This document shows, in pieces, positions 29,633 to 37,672 of a stretch of 38,430 bases of DNA. The notes beneath the pieces were generated by a model. That model saw only the letters and a list, made by a program, of their open reading frames with translations, was not told the origin of the DNA and did not search any database. The position numbers were made by a program, and so were the translations under genes. Position 1 is the stretch's first letter. Each line of letters begins with the position of its first letter. Source of the DNA: Candidatus Enteromonas sp. (lineage in GTDB: Bacteria; Bacillota_I; Bacilli_A; RFN20; CAG-826); NCBI GenBank assembly GCA_045220635.1, contig JBGUWA010000142.1, positions 1 to 38,430 of the forward strand, given 5' to 3'.

Positions 29633-29858
29633 AAATCATGGATTTCTCATCCTGCCCATTAAGCAAAAGAAATCTCGAATACGGTGGCAGAGCCGGTGAG
29701 AAAAAGGGCATCCTCTTTGAGGGGTCGAACTGGATTTTGAAATTCCCGAAGAAAACGGGCTGCTTGTGATGTCAAGGGCAAGGAAAAGGTACTACAAAGA
29801 GACGATTCATCTTCGCTTTGATAAAATTCTTGAGAAAGCCTACTCCATGCTCGTTTAG
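29629..29858 (+). pseudogene. Remnant of a HipA-family kinase toxin gene (N-terminal 46 codons, stop, then a possible C-terminal fragment in another frame)
   Basis: 29629-29769 translates as MKIMDFSSCPLSKRNLEYGGRAGEKKGILFEGSNWILKFPKKTGCL*. This matches my recollection of N-termini of short Firmicutes HipA-family toxins (DFS.C...YGG..G.K.GI......LKFP). 29769-29858 gives MSRARKRYYKETIHLRFDKILEKAYSMLV*, which looks like coding sequence. Intact family members are about 300-440 aa. Confidence 0.5.
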
Positions 29859-29974
29859 GCCTCGCCCATTGCGGCGGTGCATTGAGCTGCGAGCCAACCT
29901 GTGCGAAAAACGCACTTTGCAAACGTGAATCACCCAATCGCCTTCTATTCCTATCGTGTGGCGTCTGTTTGTTC

Positions 29975-30004
29975 TTGCCTATCACGCGCCTACGTAGGCA
30001 TAAT
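29975..30004 (+). promoter_or_regulatory. Candidate promoter of the lipoprotein gene with a 12-bp palindrome in the spacer
   Basis: TTGCCT (29975-29980) - 18 nt - CATAAT (29999-30004). GCCTACGTAGGC at 29988-29999 is a perfect palindrome. Confidence 0.4.
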
Positions 30005-30028
30005 TTTGTATCGATAGGGGGTATTCCT

Positions 30029-32290
30029 ATGAATAAACGTCAGTTCTTCCTAAGCGTCGTCGCATTGATTAGCCTTGCCAGTTGCAGCGGTGGAGCCAGT
30101 TCCTCTTCGGTTCCTTCCTCCGCGAGCCAAAGCGCAGAGCCTTCTTCCTCCGACGTTTCCTCGGAATCTTCTTTGCCTTCTTCCTCGTCTTCCTCGAAGA
30201 CCTCTTCCTCGCAAAGCACGATTCCCGATTCGCCGTTAACGCTATGGAACGCGAATTCCCGTTATCAAGCCTCCTCCTATAACGATCCCAAAACCTCGAA
30301 GCCTTTGGCGACCTACCGTCACCGCGATTACGGCGAGGTGCCCTATATCGAAGTCTCGCAATACCTTCCCATCCTTCAATTCGCGGGCGATGATGCGGTC
30401 AATGCGGTCTTTGGTCCTGGCGCGTCCAAAAACGGCCGTTCGACCTCTCCCTTAAGCCTGGAGAAGGTCGCGGACCATCTTTATGGCATTTATCGCGACA
30501 ATATCCTCACCACCGTCCTCGACCCCGAAAACGATGTCATTACCTTAAAGCGTTACGATATCCTCGCCGCTGGCCTCTTAGGAGCCAATAACGACGTCTG
30601 GCTCGATCCTGCCGAAGCCAATAACGGCAATCTCTCCTTAGTCCATTCCTCGACGAAATCCAAGGTCCTCGACGCGTATAAAGACGAAGTCTATGACCTA
30701 AGCAAATACCACATGGATCTCGTCGAAGCGGAAGGAAAAGTCTATGTTCCGTTCCAGCTCTTCGATGCGCTTGCGCTTCGCACCGTCGGCCGTTCCACCG
30801 TCTATAACGGCGTGGATTATTACGCCTCGACCTACCTTAACTCCTTGCCCATCATGAAGGCGAGCTGCTACTCGATGGACAACACCTTCCTTTTCGAAGA
30901 CGTCCTTCACGCCCCGAGCGAAGATTTGCTTGAAGGCGAGCTCTTCCGTTACGTCGGCAATTTGCCCGAAAGCAAATGGGCAGACCCCGAAGTTCCTGAA
31001 TATGACATCTTCTCCCTTAGGGCCAATGGCGGTGGCGCGGTCTATCACGCGACCGACCTTGACGCCGATCTCCCCGAGATAAGCAATTACAAGATCGCCT
31101 GGGAACTCATCGACGACGAGTACTATATTTCCCTCACCGCCTGCGACAAAGACACGGGCGAAGCCACGGGAACCGCGACGACGATGCGCGTTTTGAAGAA
31201 AGATGGCTATTTCAACACCAAAACCCGTAGCCGGACCCTAGCGAACTTCAACTTCGATCTCCTTCGCTTCCAGTTCGACGAACTCTATGGCTTGAAAGAA
31301 GACCTCGCGGAGAAACAAGGCTACATCGATTTCAATTCCTTCACGTTAGGCAAAGGGCTTAAGGAAAAGCTCTTATCGCTTGATTCCGCCGTCTATGACG
31401 AAGGCCTTGCCGAATTCATCATGAAATACGTCGACGATGGCCATTCCTCCTATAGTAGCCGCAGCATTTTCTCCGGCATCACCGGGAAATCCGGGGCAGA
31501 CCTCGCGAAAGAATACACGGGTCCGCGCGTCACAAACCTCAAAGCGCTTCACGCGGAATATGTCGCCATGCGTCAAGAAGCGGTGGGGGAAGGAAACCCG
31601 GTCGGCCTCTTCATGGAAGGGGAAACCGCGGTCATTCGCTTCGACATGTTTACCCATTTCTTCAACATGATTCCGCCTTTTGAAGACGATGGAGTCACCG
31701 ACCCCGCGGCCATGATCCCCACATCGACGCCTTACGCGTTTGACCTGTGCTTCAACCGCATCAAAAACAACGAAGCGATCAAAAACGTCGTCATCGACCT
31801 TACCTGCAACCAGGGTGGGGTGGTGCTGACGACGCCTTATCTGGCGGCCTTCTTCACCGACGACCCCTTCATGCATAACCGCGAAGTCAAAATGGAAATG
31901 GACCGCGAGCTCCATTACTCGGTCGACCTGAACCATAACGGCATCTTTGGCGAAAAAGAAGACACCTACAAAGGCCAATACAACTTCTTCATCCTCACCA
32001 GCGACTTCTCCTTCTCCTGCGGCTCGCTTCTTCCCGCCATGGCCCACGACGCGGGCGTGAAGATTATCGGCAAGCAAGGCGGCGGCGGAGCTTGCTCGGT
32101 AGGCAACTATTCCGACGCCTGCGGCACGAGTTATAACGTCTCGTCCACCTTGCAAACCCTTTACCGCGATAGCGAAGGCAAGCTGGTCCATAACGACGCG
32201 GGCGTTCCCGTGGACTATCCGTTAGCCAAGGAAGTCTGGTACGACCTCCCCAAACTCGATACCTTTGTCTCGAGCTTAGTCAACGACTAA
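30029..32290 (+). CDS. Large surface lipoprotein with a C-terminal S41 (tail-specific/C-terminal processing) peptidase-like domain
   Basis: Signal peptide plus lipobox MNKRQFFLSVVALISLAS-C. AGGGGG 7 nt upstream of ATG 30029. C-terminal VVIDLTCNQGG and FFILTSDFSFSCGSLLPAMAHDAGVKIIGKQGGGG resemble the S41 DLR.N.GG and S-x-S...GK motifs. Confidence 0.7.
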   Translation: MNKRQFFLSVVALISLASCSGGASSSSVPSSASQSAEPSSSDVSSESSLPSSSSSSKTSSSQSTIPDSPLTLWNANSRYQASSYNDPKTSKPLATYRHRDYGEVPYIEVSQYLPILQFAGDDAVNAVFGPGASKNGRSTSPLSLEKVADHLYGIYRDNILTTVLDPENDVITLKRYDILAAGLLGANNDVWLDPAEANNGNLSLVHSSTKSKVLDAYKDEVYDLSKYHMDLVEAEGKVYVPFQLFDALALRTVGRSTVYNGVDYYASTYLNSLPIMKASCYSMDNTFLFEDVLHAPSEDLLEGELFRYVGNLPESKWADPEVPEYDIFSLRANGGGAVYHATDLDADLPEISNYKIAWELIDDEYYISLTACDKDTGEATGTATTMRVLKKDGYFNTKTRSRTLANFNFDLLRFQFDELYGLKEDLAEKQGYIDFNSFTLGKGLKEKLLSLDSAVYDEGLAEFIMKYVDDGHSSYSSRSIFSGITGKSGADLAKEYTGPRVTNLKALHAEYVAMRQEAVGEGNPVGLFMEGETAVIRFDMFTHFFNMIPPFEDDGVTDPAAMIPTSTPYAFDLCFNRIKNNEAIKNVVIDLTCNQGGVVLTTPYLAAFFTDDPFMHNREVKMEMDRELHYSVDLNHNGIFGEKEDTYKGQYNFFILTSDFSFSCGSLLPAMAHDAGVKIIGKQGGGGACSVGNYSDACGTSYNVSSTLQTLYRDSEGKLVHNDAGVPVDYPLAKEVWYDLPKLDTFVSSLVND
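30086..30220 (+). repeat. Ser-rich low-complexity linker after the lipidated Cys
   Basis: SGGASSSSVPSSASQSAEPSSSDVSSESSLPSSSSSSKTSSSQST. Confidence 0.8.
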
Positions 32291-32305
32291 ACCATAAATA
32301 AATAG

Positions 32306-32336
32306 AGGCGCGATCCGAAAGGAAAGCGCCTTTTTC
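32306..32336 (+). terminator. Rho-independent terminator after the lipoprotein gene
   Basis: AGGCGC (32306-32311) ... GCGCCT (32326-32331), followed by TTTTT. Confidence 0.7.
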
Positions 32337-32463
32337 GTCTCCTCGTTAATGATGAAAAACCGTTCACTTATTCCGCAGGAATTTTGAGGTTATTTTCAAA
32401 AATAACAGGGTTTTGCAAGGAAATCCTAAGTACAACCCTTTTCTACGAAAACAGGGAGTAAAA

Positions 32464-32479
32464 GTTAATTAATATTAAC
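32464..32479. promoter_or_regulatory. AT-rich inverted repeat GTTAAT-taat-ATTAAC upstream of the hydrogenase promoter (candidate regulator site)
   Basis: 6-bp perfect arms with a 4-nt centre, about 25 nt upstream of the -35. Confidence 0.35.
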
Positions 32480-32503
32480 CGAATTGGCAAAATCAAAAAT
32501 CGT

Positions 32504-32532
32504 TTTGCGTAGCGCGCCTACACGCATAAAAT
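32504..32532 (+). promoter_or_regulatory. Candidate hydrogenase operon promoter
   Basis: TTGCGT (32504-32509) - 17 nt - (CA)TAAAAT (32527-32532). A short leader follows, with hairpin GCCAC ttta GTGGC (32544-32557) abutting SD GGAGG. Confidence 0.5.
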
Positions 32533-32571
32533 TAACGCGTAAAGCCACTTTAGTGGCACGGAGGTTATCAC

Positions 32572-33057
32572 ATGGCAATCAAGCCGGAAGTGGTGAAGGG
32601 CGTTCAGGAGATTTGTGACTCCTATGCGAAAGAACCCTCACCTTTGATGATGATTTTGTCCGCGGTCCAAAAGAAGTACGGGTACATTCCTTTGGAAGTC
32701 CAACAAATCATCTCTGAAAAGACGGGCATCCCCGTCGCCGAGATCTATGGCGTAGTCACCTTCTACTCCTTCTTCTCGCTCAAACCCAAGGGAAAATATG
32801 TCCTGGGCATCTGCCTTGGCACCGCTTGCTACGTCAAGAACTCGCAGCAAGTCGTCGACAAATTCTCCTCGCTGCTTGGCATCCAGCCGGGCGAAACCAC
32901 CAAAGACGGACTCTTCACGATCGAAGCCATCCGCTGCATCGGCGCCTGCGCCCTTGCCCCGGCCATGTCCATCAATGGCAAGGTTTATCCGAAGGTCACC
33001 CCGGACCAAGTCGGCAAGATCATCGACGAATATCGCAACAAGGAGGCTGAAGCTTAA
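32572..33057 (+). CDS. hydC: [FeFe]-hydrogenase small subunit, NuoE/HndA-like thioredoxin-fold [2Fe-2S] protein
   Basis: 161 aa. CLGTACYVKNS ... CIGACALAPAMSING cysteine pattern of the NuoE family. Confidence 0.9.
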   Translation: MAIKPEVVKGVQEICDSYAKEPSPLMMILSAVQKKYGYIPLEVQQIISEKTGIPVAEIYGVVTFYSFFSLKPKGKYVLGICLGTACYVKNSQQVVDKFSSLLGIQPGETTKDGLFTIEAIRCIGACALAPAMSINGKVYPKVTPDQVGKIIDEYRNKEAEA

Positions 33058-34970
33058 TGGAACGCATCATTTCCCCCGCATGTTTAGACAAGAACATCGA
33101 AGAATGTTCCGCCGTCCTTAACGCCAAACTCAAAGGCGAAGGCGGCAAGCGCGCCGTCGTCGTCTGCGGCGGCACCGGCTGTATCGCCAACAACTCGGTG
33201 GATATCGAGGAAGAACTCCGCAAGGAGATCAAAGCGGCCGGCCTTGAAGACAAAGTCAGCCTCAACCACGTCGGTTGCTTCGGCTTCTGCTCGCAAGGCC
33301 CGTTCGTCAAAATCTTCCCCGAAGACACCCTCTATCGCGCCGTCAAGGTTTCCGACGTCAAGAAGATCGTCGAGAAAGACCTCATCGGTGGCGAAATCGT
33401 CGAAGAGCTTCTCTACGTCGACCCCGCGACGAAGCAGAAAGTCCAACGTCAAGACGACATCAACTTCTACAAGAAGCAAATCCGCATCGCCCTCCATGGC
33501 TGCTCCCTCATCAACCCCGACCTCCTCGAGGAAGCCCTGGGCTACGATGGATTCAAAGGCTTGAAGAAAGCCATTACCACCATGACCCCGCAAGAAGTCA
33601 TCGACGAAGTCTTGGCTTCTGGCATCCGCGGCCGTGGCGGCGGTGGATTCCCCACCGGCCGTAAGTGGCAGTTCGCCGCCAACATCAAAGCCGACCAGAA
33701 ATACGTGGTCTGCAATGGTGACGAAGGCGACCCCGGCGCGTTCATGGACCGCTCCATCCTCGAAGGCAACCCCTTTGAGGTCATCGAAGGTATGATGATC
33801 GCCGGTTATGCGTTCGGCGCTTCCGAAGGTTACTTCTACGTTCGCGCCGAATACCCGATCGCCGTCTCGCGTTTGCAGCGCGCCATCGAAGACATGGAAA
33901 AAGTCGGCTTGCTCGGCGACAACATCCTCGGCACCGATTTCTCCTTCCGCGCCCATATCCGTCTTGGCGCCGGCGCGTTCGTCTGCGGCGAAGAAACCGC
34001 GCTTCTGAACTCCATCGAGGGTCAGCGTGGCATGCCGCGTCCCCGTCCTCCCTTCCCCGCGATCAAGGGTCTTTGGGGCAAACCGACCTGCGTCAACAAC
34101 GTCGAAACCTTAGCGCAAATCCCGTTCATCCTCCGCGAAGGCGCGGCCAAGTTCGCCGCCATCGGCACCGAAGGATCGAAAGGCACCAAAGTCTTTGCCC
34201 TCGGCGGCAAAGTCAATAACGTCGGCCTCGTCGAGGTCCCGATGGGCACCACCTTGCGTGAACTCATCTACGACATCGGCGGCGGCATCCCCGGCGGCAA
34301 GAAATTCAAAGCCATCCAGACCGGCGGTCCTTCCGGCGGCTGCTTGACCGAGAAAGACCTCGATACCCCGATCGACTACGACACCCTCGTGGCCCGTGGT
34401 TCGATGATGGGTTCCGGCGGCGCCATCGTCATGGACGAAGACAACTGCGCCGTCGACGTGGCCCACTTCTATATGTCGTTCATCTGCGACGAGTCCTGCG
34501 GTAAATGCTCTCCTTGCCGTATCGGCACCAAGCGCCTCTATGAGATGCTCACCGAAGTCACGCAAGGCAAAGGCACCGAGAAGACCCTCAAGGATATGAA
34601 AGAGCTTGCCACCGTCATCAAAAACGGCTCCCTCTGCGCCCTTGGCCAGACCGCGGCGAACCCGATTCTGTCCACGATGAACAATTTCCCGGACGAATAC
34701 CTCGCCCACGTCAAGGACAAGAAGTGCCCCGCGCACGTCTGCAAAAACCTCATGTCCTATCACATCCTGAAGGACAAATGCGTCGGTTGCACCTTGTGCT
34801 CCCGCAACTGCCCCGTCTCGTGCATCCACGTCACCGACGTCGAAGCCAAACCGATGGTTCCGGGCAAACCGATGCCGGGCAAATTCGCCCATGAAATCGA
34901 CCAGAGCAAGTGCATTAAGTGCGGCTCTTGCATGGCCGGCTGCCGCTTTGGCGCCATCATCAAGGAATAA
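33057..34970 (+). CDS. hydB: [FeFe]-hydrogenase flavoprotein subunit, NuoF/HndC-like (FMN/NAD(H)-binding, multiple Fe-S clusters)
   Basis: 637 aa. N-terminal CGGTGC...CFGFCSQGP [2Fe-2S] domain. GRGGGGFPTGRKW and NGDEGDPGAFMDR NuoF motifs. ESCGKCSPCR. C-terminal 2x CxxCxxCxxxCP ferredoxin domain. Confidence 0.93.
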   Translation: MERIISPACLDKNIEECSAVLNAKLKGEGGKRAVVVCGGTGCIANNSVDIEEELRKEIKAAGLEDKVSLNHVGCFGFCSQGPFVKIFPEDTLYRAVKVSDVKKIVEKDLIGGEIVEELLYVDPATKQKVQRQDDINFYKKQIRIALHGCSLINPDLLEEALGYDGFKGLKKAITTMTPQEVIDEVLASGIRGRGGGGFPTGRKWQFAANIKADQKYVVCNGDEGDPGAFMDRSILEGNPFEVIEGMMIAGYAFGASEGYFYVRAEYPIAVSRLQRAIEDMEKVGLLGDNILGTDFSFRAHIRLGAGAFVCGEETALLNSIEGQRGMPRPRPPFPAIKGLWGKPTCVNNVETLAQIPFILREGAAKFAAIGTEGSKGTKVFALGGKVNNVGLVEVPMGTTLRELIYDIGGGIPGGKKFKAIQTGGPSGGCLTEKDLDTPIDYDTLVARGSMMGSGGAIVMDEDNCAVDVAHFYMSFICDESCGKCSPCRIGTKRLYEMLTEVTQGKGTEKTLKDMKELATVIKNGSLCALGQTAANPILSTMNNFPDEYLAHVKDKKCPAHVCKNLMSYHILKDKCVGCTLCSRNCPVSCIHVTDVEAKPMVPGKPMPGKFAHEIDQSKCIKCGSCMAGCRFGAIIKE

Positions 34971-34984
34971 GGAGGGGAGTCACA

Positions 34985-36802
34985 ATGGAAAACGTCGAAA
35001 TGATCAACATCAAAATCGAAGGCAAACTCTATAGTGTTCCCAAAAACCTCACCGTCTTAGAAGCGGCGAGGCTCTGCGGATACAACATCCCCACCCTTTG
35101 CTACTGGAACCATGGCAAAAACTCCTTGGCTTCCTGCCGCGTCTGCTTGGTCGAAATCGCGACCGCCCGCGGCGGCAGACTCTTCGCTTCCTGCGTCTAT
35201 CCCGTCGCGGACATCCCCGCCGAGAAGGGCTTCGAAGTGAAAATCTCCTCGCCGATGGCCGTCAATGCCCGTCGCGCCTCGGTCGAGTTACTTCTCTCCA
35301 ACCACTCCAAAGACTGCCAGACCTGCGTCAAGAACGGTCAATGCGAACTCCTCCACGTCGCCGGCGTGACCGGTGCGCGCGACAACGCGTTCGAGGGCGA
35401 AAAGACCCCGACCACCTATGACGAATGCGCCCCTGGCATCATCCGCGATACCTCCAAGTGCATCCTCTGCGGCCGTTGCATCGAACGTTGCAAAGAAGCG
35501 CAGGGCATCGGCATCCTCGGCTTTGAGAAACGTGGCTTCAACACCATCGTCGGTCCGGCCGAGAACGCCTCCTTCGCCAAGGTTCCTTGCCTCCAGTGCG
35601 GTCAGTGCATCAACGTCTGCCCCACCGGCGCGCTTGCCGAACACCGCGAAATCGAGCTCGTCGACAAAGCGATGGCCGAAGGCAAATACGTCGTCGTCCA
35701 GACCGCTCCCGCCGTCCGCGCCGCCATCTCCGAGGAATTCGGCCATAAGATCGGCGAAGAAAACGGCACCGGCAAAATGGTCGCCGCGCTCCATCGCCTT
35801 GGCTTCTACCGCGTTTACGACACCAACTTCGGCGCCGACCTCACCATCATGGAAGAGGCCACCGAGTTGCTCCATCGTATCCAAGGCAAAGGCGTCTTGC
35901 CGCAAATCACCTCCTGCTCGCCGGGTTGGATCAACTTCATGGAATTCTTCTATTCCGATTTGATCCCCAACGTCTCCACCTGCAAGTCCCCGCACGAAAT
36001 GGAAGGCGCCATCATCAAATCCTACATGGCCAAAGCCCATGGCTTGAAACCGGAAGACATCTTCGTCGTCTCGGTCATGCCTTGCACCGCCAAGAAATAC
36101 GAAGCCGACCGTAAGCAAAACGCCGCGGTCGAAGGCCTCCCCGACGTCGACGCCGTCCTCACCACCCGTGAGCTCGCCGTCATGATCAAGCGCGCGGGTA
36201 TCCTCTGGGATTGCCTCCCCGAAGAAGAGTTCGACCAAGACCTCCTTGGCCAATACTCCGGCGCTGGCGCGATCTTCGGCGTCACCGGCGGCGTCATGGA
36301 AGCGGCCCTTCGTACCGCCTACCACGCCTTGACGGGCGAAGAATACGGACCCATCGAATTCCACGAAGTCCGTGGCCTCGAAGCCGTCAAAGAAGCCGAA
36401 ATCGATATCAAAGGCACCAAAGTCAAAGTCGCCGTCACCTCGGGCATGAAGAACGCCAAACCGTTGCTTGATGATATCCGCGCCGGCAAGTCCGACTACG
36501 CCTTCATCGAGATCATGTGCTGCCCCGGCGGCTGCATCAACGGCGGTGGCCAACCCTTCGTCAAACCCTCGATGCAGACCAACGAAGATCCCGACATCCT
36601 CGAGACCTATCGTCAGAAGAGAGCCAAACTCCTCTACGACATCGACCGCGAACTCCCACTTCGTCAGTCGCACAACAACCCCGACATCATCAAGCTCTAC
36701 AAGGACTTCCTTGGCGAGCCTTGCTCGGAGCTATCGGAAGAACTCCTCCACACCTCCTATGTGGCGGATCGTCCGACCTACATTCGCCCCGACGAAGACT
36801 AA
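34985..36802 (+). CDS. hydA: [FeFe]-hydrogenase catalytic subunit (multimeric HydABC-type), with a non-canonical P1 motif
   Basis: 605 aa from ATG 34985 (AAGGAGGGGAG upstream). N-terminal [2Fe-2S] ferredoxin fold, then two 4Fe-4S motifs (CILCGRCIERC, CLQCGQCINVCP). H-domain motifs TSCSPGW (P1 variant), VMPCTAKKYEA (P2), EIMCCPGGCINGGGQP (P3). Confidence 0.92.
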   Translation: MENVEMINIKIEGKLYSVPKNLTVLEAARLCGYNIPTLCYWNHGKNSLASCRVCLVEIATARGGRLFASCVYPVADIPAEKGFEVKISSPMAVNARRASVELLLSNHSKDCQTCVKNGQCELLHVAGVTGARDNAFEGEKTPTTYDECAPGIIRDTSKCILCGRCIERCKEAQGIGILGFEKRGFNTIVGPAENASFAKVPCLQCGQCINVCPTGALAEHREIELVDKAMAEGKYVVVQTAPAVRAAISEEFGHKIGEENGTGKMVAALHRLGFYRVYDTNFGADLTIMEEATELLHRIQGKGVLPQITSCSPGWINFMEFFYSDLIPNVSTCKSPHEMEGAIIKSYMAKAHGLKPEDIFVVSVMPCTAKKYEADRKQNAAVEGLPDVDAVLTTRELAVMIKRAGILWDCLPEEEFDQDLLGQYSGAGAIFGVTGGVMEAALRTAYHALTGEEYGPIEFHEVRGLEAVKEAEIDIKGTKVKVAVTSGMKNAKPLLDDIRAGKSDYAFIEIMCCPGGCINGGGQPFVKPSMQTNEDPDILETYRQKRAKLLYDIDRELPLRQSHNNPDIIKLYKDFLGEPCSELSEELLHTSYVADRPTYIRPDED

Positions 36803-36818
36803 GTCGTAATCACCGATT

Positions 36819-36848
36819 AGGCCGCTTGCGAAAGCGGCCTTTTCCTTT
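36819..36848 (+). terminator. Rho-independent terminator after hydA
   Basis: AGGCCGC ttgcgaaa GCGGCCT followed by TTTTCCTTTC. Confidence 0.75.
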
Positions 36849-36875
36849 CGGAAAGACTTTTGCGCCTAGATTCTC

Positions 36876-36881
36876 TATAAT
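36876..36881 (+). promoter_or_regulatory. Consensus -10 box TATAAT 11 nt upstream of the HAD gene ATG (very short or no leader, no SD)
   Basis: ctcTATAATgacccaagaacATG. Confidence 0.4.
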
Positions 36882-36892
36882 GACCCAAGAAC

Positions 36893-37570
36893 ATGGAACC
36901 AAAAGCGCAGGAAAACGTTCGCTACCGCCACCTCATCTTCGATTTGGATGGGACGCTTTTGGACACGATCGACGACATTTGCTTCGCCATCAACAAGGCC
37001 CTGCGGGAATGCGGCTATGGCTACCAGTATGACCGCGAGTCCACGAAGGCATTAGTAGGGGATGGGGCGGACATGTTGCTTCATCGCGCGTTACGCGATA
37101 AAGGATATGACGCGCAGGCGTTCGCGCAACTTAAGCCCATCTACATGGAGTATTACCGCATCCACCAAGTCGAACGGGCCCACCCCTTCGAAGGATTAAA
37201 GGAAACCCTCCAGCAACTCAAAGCCAGAGGCATCCATCTTTCCTGCGTCACCAACAAACCCGATGCCTTGGCCCATACGATCTTGGACATGCACTTCGGC
37301 GAAGGCTTCTTCGATTTCGTTCTCGGCGCGAAAGAAGGCCTTCCCGTCAAGCCAAACCCCGCCTCCACCTATGCCTGCATGGAAGCGGTAGGGGTGGCCA
37401 AAGAGCAATGCCTCTATGTCGGTGACTCCCACGTCGATATCGCGACCGGCCATAACGCTGGCCTCCCCGTTGCCTTATGCCTATGGGGGTATGAAGTCGA
37501 TTACGCGCCCATCCAAGGCGATGCCGAATATCTTTTGTCCACTCCTGAAGACCTCCTGCGCCTTGTCTAG
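36893..37570 (+). CDS. HAD-superfamily hydrolase, phosphoglycolate-phosphatase-like
   Basis: Motif I HLIFDLDGTLLDT, motif II CVTNK, motif IV YVGDSHVDIATGHNAG; 225 aa. Confidence 0.8.
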   Translation: MEPKAQENVRYRHLIFDLDGTLLDTIDDICFAINKALRECGYGYQYDRESTKALVGDGADMLLHRALRDKGYDAQAFAQLKPIYMEYYRIHQVERAHPFEGLKETLQQLKARGIHLSCVTNKPDALAHTILDMHFGEGFFDFVLGAKEGLPVKPNPASTYACMEAVGVAKEQCLYVGDSHVDIATGHNAGLPVALCLWGYEVDYAPIQGDAEYLLSTPEDLLRLV

Positions 37571-37607
37571 GATTCCCCGCCCCTTTATCCGAATCAACCG
37601 AATTTGC

Positions 37608-37642
37608 GTCGCGAGCGACTATTACGCGCACGCGACCTTTTT
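37608..37642 (+). terminator. Possible terminator after the HAD gene
   Basis: GTCGCG (37608-37613) ... CGCGAC (37631-37636), followed by CTTTTT. The loop is long (17 nt). Confidence 0.4.
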
Positions 37643-37657
37643 AACACGCGCGGGTAG

Positions 37658-37666
37658 TGGTAATAT
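37658..37666 (+). promoter_or_regulatory. Extended -10 promoter element of cysS (leaderless geometry)
   Basis: TGgTAATAT - tggcgc - ATG 37673. No SD and no room for a T-box leader. Confidence 0.5.
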
Positions 37667-37672
37667 TGGCGC

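Noticed and set aside
29882-30028. The N-terminal 49 codons of the 802-aa track ORF, and the minus-strand 108-aa ORF at 29659-29985.
   Set aside because: The extension starts at a non-ATG codon without an SD and translates to Cys/Leu/Arg-rich junk. ATG 30029 has an SD and begins a textbook lipoprotein signal peptide. The minus ORF has no start context and overlaps the toxin remnant.
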